A stretch of DNA of 60,316 nt, filler included, from Sphacelaria rigidula (taxonomy: Eukaryota), in the NCBI GenBank assembly GCA_964200075.2. It is 5 parts of 5 records of this genome, joined end to end, with 100 filler letters (N's around TTAATTAATTAA, not from the genome) between each part and the next. Parts side by side here need not be neighbours in the genome. Positions count along the whole stretch, not along the records: positions 48,337 to 60,316 come from CAXNAA020004274.1; 4 more parts are not named here. One strand, written 5' to 3'. The notes beneath the pieces were generated by a model. That model saw only the letters and a program-made list of their open reading frames with translations. It did not search any database and was not told where the DNA came from. The translations under genes were made by a program, and so were the position numbers. Below are positions 50,202-60,316 of this stretch, piece by piece. Numbering within the stretch: position 1 is the stretch's first letter; the number at the start of each line of letters is the position of its first letter.

Positions 50202-51638
50202 TGCATTTCTGAATACACACACATATTTAGTCCTGCCCTGAGCTCTGTTTTAGATATAGGGAGGTAGTGGGCATGGGGCCTCCGAATTAGTGAGACTTCT
50301 CCACATAGTTCCGTCGGAGTAGGCTGAGACGGTATGCTCACACAGGGTTGCAGTAGACGTAGATACCAACGGCATACGGCACAATATGCTAGCGTGACTA
50401 TAGCCTAGCATATATGAGCCTAGGTGAAGCATCGGCCTAGTATAGAAGACTTCTCCGCTTTGTGGTTGGCCACCTCCGGAATGTCTGTCGTGTAACCTCA
50501 TACCTGCGCATGAGAAAGAAAAGGACCTAGGAAAGCTCTTGCCAACGAACATATTTTCCAACTCTCTGAACTGCTCCAGAGTTGTTGACGTAGTGGAGAC
50601 GTTGTGGCAGATGTACCACGAGGGGTCCATAAGCCCGCATTGGAGAACTCTCGTAATCACGTAAAGGGGAATCTGGGAGCTCTACTCAAACAGCTGTCGG
50701 CAGATGAGCGCGATGAGACTCTGACAGTCAGAGATTTTAATGAGGTGGTTACCCGGCTAGCAAAGTGCACTATTCGGGCTCTTGACAATGTGGCTTCGAG
50801 CTCCCAGTCTGCTACTGTCTCGTCTTCTCTGGGAACTGCTGTGGCGGCTCAGGGCTCAGGGCTCCCTCAGCTCGGACGGTTCTACGCAGCACACTGGCCT
50901 GTTGTCAATAGGCTCACCGGAGAAGAAGCCCCCCAGCCTCCGCCTCCCTCAGGCTTATTCTCCGGTGAGCTTATTGACTTCATGAACAGGCCAGTGTGCT
51001 GGGTAGAACCGTGCTGAGTGAGCCCTGAGCCCTGAGCCCTGAGCCGCCACAGCAGTTCCCAGAGAAGACGAGACAGTAGTAGACTGGGAGCTGGAAGCCA
51101 CATTGTCAAGAGCCCGAATAGTGCACTTTGCTGGCCGGGTAACCACCTCGTTAAAATCTCTGACCGTCAGAGCCTCTCCAACATCGCGCTCATCTGCCGA
51201 CAGCTGTTTGAGCAGAGCTCCCAGATTCCCCCTTACGTGGTTACGAGAGTTCTCCAATGTGGACTCATGGACCCCTCGCGGTACATCTGCCACAACGTCT
51301 CTACTACGTCAGCAACTCTAGAGCAGTCCAGAGAGTTGGAACGTATGTGCGTTAGCAAGAGCTTTCCTAGGTCCTTCTCCTTCTCATGCGCAGGCATGAG
51401 GTTACACAGCAGACGTTCCGGAGGTGGCCAACCACAACGCAGAGACGTCCTTTATACTAGGCTATAGTCACGCTAGCATGATGTGCCGTATGCCGTTAGT
51501 TTCTACGCCTACTGCAACCCTGTGTGAGCATACCGTCTCAGCCTATTCCGACGGAACCCTGTGGAGAAGTCTCAATGGCCCGGAGGCCCCCATGTCCACT
51601 ATCTCCCCATAGGACTACACATGTGTGTGCCATTTGCA
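50202..51638. repeat. ~1.4-kb inverted duplication (arms ~700 bp, loop ~21 nt at 50931-50951)
   Basis: ORFs 50604..51017(+) and 50955..51293(-), and 50250..50660(-) and 51237..51612(+), are mutual homologs. Centre: ggctcaccggagaagaagcc-loop-ggcttattctccggtgagc. Confidence 0.93.
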
Positions 51639-51852
51639 GCGTACACTCTTCCCAAATGATTGAAATATACAGTCACCACAGTTTCAATCTTCAAGAGAGT
51701 GTCGATCGTGCTGAGGTAGCTAGCCGGGTAGCCATATGCGGTGTGGAGAGCCGTCTACGGCATATCTCCACTGTAGTATAAGTTTCTCATGCGCGACCAT
51801 TGCTGTGGGCCCCCGCAATCGTTCAACTTTTCTCATTCCGCACCCTTGTAAG

Positions 51853-53257
51853 GATCCATCACTATTCGACGAGCTCAAGTGTCTTCTGCGAGACCGGGTG
51901 ATTGCCAGCGCCAACAACGGAGAGAAGGATGCTGAAGCGCCGAAGACAAGGAAGCGCGCGAGAAAAGAGGAGCTCTGTATCCAGGGCGAGCGACTGCAGT
52001 TCACTTACCGATATCGAAAAACGTTGCCCAGGTTTGTTGCAAACTTTTCTCTTTGATGGTGCTCCTCACGCCACAAATTGCCAGCACCAGGTCGTACTAC
52101 TGGAGAGTAGGTCGGAGCTCATGCTGTCACTGGTAAATGCCTCGTACACAGCACGTTGACTCGTATTGGGTTGATTCTCTTCGTGATCCACACTTCCCAG
52201 CAGTCAGTCAAACCGCACTAACGAATTGATTTTCTCACACATGACATCGATCGAGCTACCCCCAAAACACCGATTTTCCCGGTACTCAACCCTCGCGCCA
52301 GGTACACGGTGTTATCCTACGTCAACAACGAGGATCGTACAGACGCGGCGATCGCCCGGAATACCGAAAGACTATCCGCCAACAACGAAGGCAATAGACC
52401 TGCACTTCGCCACTACCCGCTGTCCGAGAGTTCTCTGCTGGTGTGGGTATACCAATTCGACTCTGACGACCGCTACAAACCTGTACCCAACGAAGCCGGA
52501 CTGCAGTTCGCACCAACACCGGTGGCGAAGCATCAACCGTTTCCTTCATCAGCCGCCAGTGGCCGAGCTTTAGACTTGGAAGGTGCGGTGTATATTTGAG
52601 GGTTGCGTGCAGGTGGTTTTCCGGGGAGGGAGGGTAGGGGAGCTATTTCCGGAGGGTGACATGTATCAACGCGACGATGAAAACTGCGCTGTCGGCGCTG
52701 CCTCGCTGTTTTGGAATATGCAGAGAGTGACACTGGGATAAACCACTGGATCTAGCGCTCACTGTTCCACCCGGATGACCAACGTTCTTCACCCGTGCAG
52801 ATGCCAGCAATTGTACAGTACTGTCTTGTTCACCACAGCGCGACCACCCTCCCTTTGTGCTGCCCGTCTAGATCCCAAGGCTGCAGAGGAGGTTACTACG
52901 GGAGTGCTGTCGTTGGGTGGCCCCAGAGACACGGGCCTCCTGCAGTGGCTGTGGGGGTGGGACAAAGGAGAGGGTGCGAACGAGGACGGTGGCGGGGGCG
53001 GGGGTGGCGTCCGGCAGCATTTCCTTGGCAGTGCTGCGTGGCAAGGAAGGCCGGAGGCAGCAGTGAAGCCGAGCAGGCGACGACAAGAGGAAGATGACCT
53101 GCAGTTGGCGATCACGTTGTCTTTGAAGGAGTCGGGCAGCAAAGAAAAAACGATAGGGACGGCCATGGCAGGGAAGGTCCAAGATCTCGTCGAAGTTGTG
53201 GATGATGACAATGATAGTGGTCGAGGAGGGATGGAGGAGAGTAAGGGCGCGCGTTAG
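51853..53257 (+). CDS. Last three exons (51853-52031, 52302-52582, 52872-53257) of an unknown protein with a C-terminal ubiquitin-interacting motif
   Basis: GT-AG introns with matching phases (AG|G, G|AT) give one open frame to TAG at 53257. UIM-like EEDDLQLAITLSLKE; NLS-like KTRKRARK. Confidence 0.65.
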
Positions 53258-53369
53258 ATTTTGCCTACTGCGTGGAGGAATCACATGATGATCTCTGTTG
53301 CAAACGCCTCATTGCTGCTTTCAGAATCCGGTGACGTCAACAGTACGTTTGTGCTATCAGGCCCATCAG

Positions 53370-53573
53370 TTTTCCATCAAAAAAGTGCGGTGGAAAACAA
53401 ATATCTCGATCTGATAGATCGTGATTTCGACGATTTTCAAAATGAACTGCGATGGTTGAAATCACGACCTATCAGATCGGGATATTTGTTTCCCCTCGAA
53501 CTTTCGCTATGGTTGAAATCACGATCTATCACATGGGAGTTTTCCGTTCCCACCGCACATTTTCGATCGAAAA
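53370..53573. mobile_element. ~200-bp MITE-like element with nested inverted and direct repeats
   Basis: Ends tttccatcaaaaaagtgcggtgg / ccaccgcacattttcgatcgaaa; internal tgatagatcgtgatttc pairs with two gaaatcacga.ctatca copies. Confidence 0.6.
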
Positions 53574-54235
53574 GTAATGTGCTCATAAACACGCACTCAT
53601 ACTCGGAAAACATGACACGGCAAGGGCTGTTAGATTGCAGCATTCACGAGCCCATTGCGTCTTGTTATCGACGCAGAAATTAAGCAGGATCCCTTTTCAG
53701 GCAGGAATGTACTGGAAAAACACTCGTGGAAGAGTGCAATAACAGGCTTGCAGCGCTAGTTCTGTTCTGTTGCGATATTGCAGTGTCATGAAATTAAATG
53801 TCAAATAGCTTAGGGGGTCGTTCAGCCGTGTGATGCGGAGTACGTTGCCCCTGAATATTACGAGCTGGGCCGGCCGTAAAACCTGGAAACTGTGGGCCCA
53901 GCACAACTTCGTCAGTTTCCAGAGTTCGCCCGATTTAAGCGTTTCCCAGCGAGCTGCAGACCTACCTGGTAACGTACAGCTTCGCCGCTGCTCGATTGAC
54001 AAAGTGTGGGCGATGACGTCGTTGTACTGCAGTGAGTACCGGGTATGTCTCATATCGTGGCGCGATGGCGTGTTCAGAGACATCTCTTTCTGCAAAACGC
54101 GGCGGATTCACGAGAGACAATTTCGCCGCACGGGCACGTGATAACCCGATATGCACAGTCAGCCTCGTCAGCAGCCCCATCATGGGGGAGGGCAGGGGCC
54201 GAACCGACTGTCATACATAACACGGGCAGGGGCAC

Positions 54236-54711
54236 ATACTACTCGAGACTGCGCTATACCCGTCCCAAAGGCAAGATCGTCTCCAAAATATTAGCTCTTT
54301 TCGGCTTGAGAGAATGCTAATGTGTAAAATAAACGTCATGTCGAGGTTCGAACTCGTGGCTTCTGTAATTGGAGGCTCCCACATCAGGTAGATCACAGGG
54401 GTGCACAGTCTTACGCCAAAAAAAAAAGAAGCAAGTCAACTGCCAAGATTCCTGCATACAAAAATCATACGCAATACTACTCGAGACTGCGCTATACCCG
54501 TCCCAAAGGCAAGATCGTCTCCAAAATATTAGCTCTTTTCGGCTTGAGAGAATGCTCATGTGTAAAATAAACGTCATGTCGAGGTTCGAACTCGTGGCTT
54601 CCGTAATTGGAGGCTCCCACATCAGGTAGACCACAGGGGTGCACAGTCTTACGCCAAAAAAAAGAGAAGCAAGTCAACTGCCAAGATTCCTGCATACAAA
54701 AATCATACGCA
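54236..54711. repeat. Near-identical tandem duplication of a 238-bp unit containing Pol III A/B-box-like motifs
   Basis: Units start at 54236 and 54474. On the minus strand TG(A/G)TCTACCTGA lies ~30 nt before GAGTTCGAACC (54345-54355, 54583-54593). Confidence 0.85.
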
Positions 54712-55310
54712 CCTCATGAATCTTTCGACGGTTCAACAGGGTTCAGTACAAATCGAGGGTTATTTTGCTTGTGGATTTCTCCGCCGTGTCTGTTTTATCA
54801 AGCCTGAAACTTGGGACAGAGGTAGACCACAACACAGACAAAATATTCCCGGAGCGGCGGCACGTTTCACGTGGTGCGCTAGACGCACGAAGCAAAATAC
54901 GGATATTGGGCAATGCCGTCGATACGCTCCCAAAATGCAGTCCCCTCGGCCCAGACTGCGTGAGACGTCAGTGGATGCATATGTTGACACGCAGATACGC
55001 TCACTGGGTAGCTCCTGCCCGGCAAACGAACACATCGATCCTCATTGCGCACACTCTGGATGATGTCAGTCTACGCGGTACTTATCTTGGTATCGCCTGT
55101 AGGAGTGCTCATTTCAGGAGACACGGCCGTGCAAGCGCTGTTCGTGCTTGTACGTGCTGAAACTTCGACCACATGTCATGTAGACTATTGCACAGACAAC
55201 AACCTTATCTTGCTGAATCTGGGGTTGGGCGTTGTGTGCGTGCGTATTGGGACAAACATATGTCGGATTCTGTTCCGATTTTTTTTTTTTTTTTGGCGTA
55301 AGACTGTGCA
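54640..55310. mobile_element. Possible non-autonomous TIR element
   Basis: tgcacagtcttacgccaaaaaaaa ... ttttttttggcgtaagactgtgca perfect inverted ends; no clean TSD. Confidence 0.55.
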
Positions 55311-56309
55311 GCGGTGTCACATGAAAAGCTCCACGCGTAGCCCAATTTTTCACTTTTACGAAATTTTCCCCCATTTTTACGAGGATCTTCTGGGCGCAAG
55401 TAGAGGCGAAGTGTTACGGGATACGGCCAATTTCTTCATTTTTTGTGTAGGGGTAATGACGTTTTCTACTTTTTTTTTTCGAAATTTCGAATTGCCCCAT
55501 TCCGTATTGATCAAAATTTCATGTCAAAATTTCAGCACGTAATTCCTCATATCCCGTGTGGCGTCACCTTTCTTTCGAAAAAAAGTATGTTGGCCAGCCC
55601 AGCTCGTAACACGTGTGAACTTCGAATACTTCATTCAGGGCAGAAATCATCGACATAAGATGCTGCAAATTGCACTCGAAGGAGCAAACAAATGTTGGTT
55701 GCGGCCGAATCCGACCCAACTCGGAATCTACGCACGTACCGCGAAAGCATAGGCCGTGAAAACATCCCATTGGCACAAGTGACAACCGCCAATCTACCCC
55801 CCCCCCCTCCCTTTTCCTCTCGGCGCACGCCTTCTACGCATTGCCGACTCGCTGCAGTTCACTAGATGCTTGACAAACCGAGTACGATGAACATTAAAGA
55901 CGGGCAGCAAAGCCAAGCGCGTCTACGATCAACTGAAGTCGGCGGGAGGATTTCTGAGCGCGCCGGCGGTACGCAAGTGCCATCGACCTTGGCATGAACT
56001 CTTGGCACAACAACGCCGACATGCCGTTTGTACGAACGCACAATAGTAGCGGCATCAGTGATACCTTGGGACGGCTGAGTGCATGAAAAAAAAATGAAGA
56101 TTCCTCTGGTAAGACATAATGCAGGCGCTACTCCAAAAACTCAACAAAAAAGCGGACAACACAACGAATCACCAATCTAGAGAGCAGTTCAAGTGTGCCC
56201 ACGCCAGTATCATAGCAACGCTACCACACCTCACACGAACCCTGATGAGCCACAGAAGTAGAGCGGGGCGTGAAAAAAAAAAGCGTCACCAGCAGCATGC
56301 CAAGAATAA

Positions 56310-59300
56310 TCACTTGGGTACTGCTGTATCCGGTTTTGGCTTGTCGATGTGTAAATCCAGCAGCCCTTTGGCCTTGATCTTGTGGTCAAAGCGTAGCGAC
56401 TCCTTGATTCCACGCTTCTCCAGAACCTGATGACTCACGTGAACCGACACAAAGAAATTGGGCATACCACCCGGTGAGCATGGGGCATGTATGTGTTCGA
56501 CGGATAGGTGAAGGATATGGTTACAGGAATCGGTCCCGCGTACTCTCGATATCAGCGTCAAAATGTCCTCTACTGGTGGCCAGCGTGGTCATGTCGAATA
56601 GGTAACTGAAAGATTTGAAGGGTTTGTCTGCTGCCAAAAAGTGTCATGGCGTGAGAGTGAAACAAACCAGTCATCATCATTTAGGAGGGAAAAACAAAAC
56701 ACAACACATCTCCATGATCCTTGTCAAAGCACTTGTCTGCGCCAGATTGGGACAATGCGGCACGATAGTGACAAACTCGAAAAAAAAAAGTGTCCGCAAA
56801 TCAGACAAGTCTTAACGCGAGTCCCTAGCTATGCTTACCCCACGTGGCCGGTCTGCAGCGCTATAGGTATATTAATGGGAAACAGAGTCCGGAATTTCGT
56901 GTGTACGCGTTAGTCATGTACACTAAGAACAAGTGAGCAGCCGAACAAATCATTGTGTGGCCCACGTGAATGGTTCTCGGGCGAAAATGCTTCGACACGT
57001 AAATATAGTTACATTTGGGATTTAGGAACAGCGCAACTGACACTACCAGTACATGCACTTCGGTTTTGAAGATCGAGTGGAGTGACAATTCTGCATTACA
57101 CCATATTGCGAAGCAGAAACTACATAGGAGCGCTCTATTCGCAGGGTCCTGGCCGACATCCTTGCCACCTGCTTCTCTATTCGTAGTGTCGAAAACACGT
57201 TTTCACACGTTGTGGCGCTGTCGCTTCACGAAATAGTCCACGAAAATATCTGCATCGAAAAGCTCATGACCAGAGCTCTCATTTGGTACAGGTGTCGACA
57301 GCTGAGGCGTGATTCCATCGCAGATAAAGAAACCAAAGCGTCTCGTGGATAACGGTACTCATGTCGACTCATGACAGCTCACGCGCCTCGACCAAGACTC
57401 TGCTGCAAGGGTGAAATCCACGGTCGGGCCGATTTGAAACGGCGTGCAATAGGCAGTCGGAAACACTCGAAGGTTCCCGGCCGTAATCGGGGCCATCGAA
57501 GTCCACGTCCAGAAAACGAAATGATAACGTCAAAATCGATCACGACGAGGAAAACAACACAACTACTACAGGTTAATCCACGGGAGAAACGGGGAATTCG
57601 TTCGAAAGCCACTTCTCCCACCGCCGTGGAGAGCTAGGAGATGAATTTTTACCTGCTTGTTCCTGAAAGAAAACTGAAGGTCGCCCGTGATAGGTGCTTT
57701 CGAATTTCTGTCGGTTTCAACGATTTCTTGGAGTCCCAGGCGGGTGTGGGGGAATGGGGACCCCAAGCAACCACTGGAATCGGGAGAAATCTGAGAGCAT
57801 CCATCACGGGCGACCTTCAGTTTCTTTAAGAAACACGTATGTGGAAGTTCATTCCCTTATCCTCAATATTGGAGTGAGAAATAGAGCGACGTGAACTGTT
57901 CCCAAATTGTGGTTCAGGCTGGTTCACATTCATCACATTGGGTCCATATCTCCCCGCGTTTCCAAAAGTCAGGAGACGACACTTTACATACATATTTCAA
58001 GAGGCAATTTCTAAGGTCGGAAAAGATCGAGGACATGAAACCTCTCTAGGTTCCATCAGCTCCCTGGGGTCCCTGATCATTTCCGGCAGTCGAGGACCCA
58101 AGAAAGCCCATTAAACCGACTGGGGGTACGCATTTGTCGTTTGCCTTAGTCATTCGCCCTCTGACCACGCATCTCTTGTGAGATGGAGCACCGTTCCTAC
58201 TCTTACTAGAGATACCTCCAACATTTGAGCGCTCAGCAAACTGACTGAGGGAGAAATTAACAGACATTGAAAATATTGGGCTTTAATCAGAACATGTGTG
58301 CAAGTTGGCTTTTCCTCATTTCTAGAAATAACAGAGGAAATAAAGCAACCGCGAAAATGCTCCGAGAATGTGGGGGCATGTGGTGGCTGAGAACCTAAAA
58401 AAAAGGCTGAAACAACAAGCGGGGAGATATATATATTTACGCTCATAACCTCGGGCGTCATTCAGAAACAAGCGTTTGAAAAATAGCTCGTTCATGTCGG
58501 GAAACGGTTCGACCCAAGGCCTACAGTAGACCCTCAGGGAGCAAGAGGTGCACAGGAATGTCCCATGCAAAGTGTGCGTCGGCAGACCGCATATCGGGGC
58601 CGCAGACGCCGATTTGGACAACCGTAGGCGCAGTCGGGGCTGGTAATCCCTCTAAAAGATCGGAATATCGATGTTTACACTGAGGCCCTAGATATCCGTG
58701 GGTAGGATACTCTTCCTTCCTCCTGGCCTGCCCCCTGCGGGGGTAGGCCGAGGACCGCTAGTGATCCTAGACCACACACACAGACCACCAAACCAACGAA
58801 GGCGAAGCAGGGGAAGGCAAGGGATACAAGCCCGAGCATCGTGTTGACGTGGACTATGAGTTTGGGGCGATAGGAGATACAGGGGTCGTGAGACACAGTG
58901 TAACTCATATCGCACTAGATTTTTCAGATACCATCCCCTTTCCCCGACTGCCCATACTGGGGTGGGCAGAAGCCCGCCTGTGATCTTAGACCACCATCCA
59001 AAGATCATCCAACGACGGCGGAGACATGAGCCCGAACCTGGTATCGACGGGGAGACTAACTTAGGAAGATAAGAGGCACCACGATCACGAGAGTGGCGTG
59101 TGCTTCGTTTCGGAATAACTCGGCGGCGTCATATGGCTAAACGCCAAAGCACTGGTCTGGACAGCCTAGACAGGAATGGAGGGGCTGCACATCGCGTCGG
59201 TGCGCACACCAGGAGCGAGGAAGGAGTGGAGTTGGACAAAGCAGGAGAGTTGCACCTGCCTGTGAGAAAAGACGAGCACCGGGCTAGCAATAGCCAGAGA

Positions 59301-60079
59301 GTCCAAAAAACAAACTCAAATTGAGTATACTCCAACCGTGAATTTGGGGATACAAACTGGGGTAGACTCGACTGCAGACGATGACCGGGGACCCAAGAAA
59401 ACCGGCGGAACCAAGCGGACGGAGAAGCACCTACACGCCGGCAACGTCTCGCTCCACTTGGGAATATTCGCGTGAAAAAATTATTTCCCGTCTTTAACAA
59501 ACGGCCTAGGAAATGGAGTGAGCGGGAAAATGCTCCAAGATTGTAGGACGGACGGGGTTTCGGCGACAATTTTTTTTTCTCTTCCGCTACACGCAATACT
59601 ACATAAGGACCAGACCCTCGTGTCTCCGGGCGTTTTATCGACTCTGTGCGTAGGCTACGAACCGCGCCGTGCTAATATTACGGCTTTATGTTTGATACAT
59701 ACGACTGGAAGCGCTGCACACTAGGTTCAAAACATGCGGCGCATCTACGAGATCACTACCCCCAAAAAAGCGGCGTGCGTGGTATTCGGAGATTCAACTG
59801 GAAGGAATATGATAACCACACAGCGCTTACCTCGATCTTCACGCTCTCAAAGCGGCGCGCCACATCCTTGATGCCATTTACCTCCTTACCCTTCTCCCTC
59901 TTCTCGGCAATATACTCCTTGTCTTCGTCAGTATAGAGCAGAACCGTGTTCAACGGGTTTTCCCACATGGCCTGCATCTCCCCCTCATCGTTTCCCTTCG
60001 GCACCGACCCGTTTTCCTTTATCCAAGCATCTTTCACGATCTCCAAAAGGGACCGACTCGGCCGAGCGATATGTTGCAC
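56310..60079 (-). CDS. 3' exons (60079-59831 and 56426-56310) of an unidentified protein
   Basis: tag|GTG CAA...ATC GAG|gtaagc (249 nt, phase 0) and tcatcag|GTT CTG...AAG TGA (117 nt) give ...RRFESVKIE|VLEKRGIKESLRFDHKIKAKGLLDLHIDKPKPDTAVPK*. Intermediate exons are not excluded. Confidence 0.6.
57640..57853. mobile_element. Intronic MITE-like inverted repeat
   Basis: aaactgaaggtcgcccgtgat.g.tgct pairs with agcatccatcacgggcgaccttcagttt, and pairing extends outward to atgaa / ttcat. Confidence 0.7.
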
Positions 60080-60224
60080 CTACATTCTCCAATTAAAGCG
60101 AAGGCAACACGAACAGGACGCAGAAAAAGTCGAACACCGTTATTCCCATTATCATTGAAATCAAATGCATGATTCGTCTGGAAATTACCTGGTTCAAGTA
60201 TAATTGATTCGAATCGCACCAATC

Positions 60225-60316
60225 AATCAATCCCTAGGCTTTGTTTTCAGCGTTGCAACCCAGGCACACGCAGCACAGACACGTGGAATGGCGCAAAAGT
60301 TGCGTGGATACCCCTT
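60225..60316 (+). repeat. Dispersed repeat (same family as 11592-11680), preceded by (AATC)n
   Basis: tttcagcgttgcaacccaggcacacgcagcacagacacgtggaatggcgcaaaagttgcgt. Confidence 0.75.

Noticed and set aside
53697-54095. HDMRHT in a minus-strand ORF, resembling the tyrosine recombinase HxLRH box
   Set aside because: No other catalytic motifs at the right spacing; probably chance.

Overview
Eukaryotic, intron-rich and repeat-rich DNA, most likely a brown alga (Phaeophyceae, Ectocarpus-like; this is inferred from gene style and TE types). It is not one locus. Five unrelated ~12 kb contigs (1-11987, 12088-24073, 24174-36155, 36256-48236, 48337-60316; lengths 11987, 11986, 11982, 11981, 11980) are joined by artificial N44-TTAATTAATTAA-N44 linkers. 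Contig 1 holds six phase-compatible exons of a UBR4/BIG-like giant E3 ligase with a ZZ zinc finger. Contig 2 is a degenerate Ty3/Gypsy chromovirus. Contig 3 holds a second chromovirus 3' end, an RTE-like LINE, a pol-less LTR derivative with 114-bp (38-aa) coding repeats, and two phased 42-43-bp arrays of a palindromic repeat separated by variable spacers. Contig 4 holds foldback elements, a full 249-bp MITE and a decayed Ty1/Copia. Contig 5 holds a ~1.4-kb hairpin, the 3' ends of two spliced genes (one with a ubiquitin-interacting motif) and several small repeats. The least explained structures are the 43-bp repeat/spacer array at 34149-34435 and the giant hairpin at 50202-51638. I recognised no cas, TnpB/Fanzor or viral genes. 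All family assignments come from motifs recalled from memory; no database search was run.
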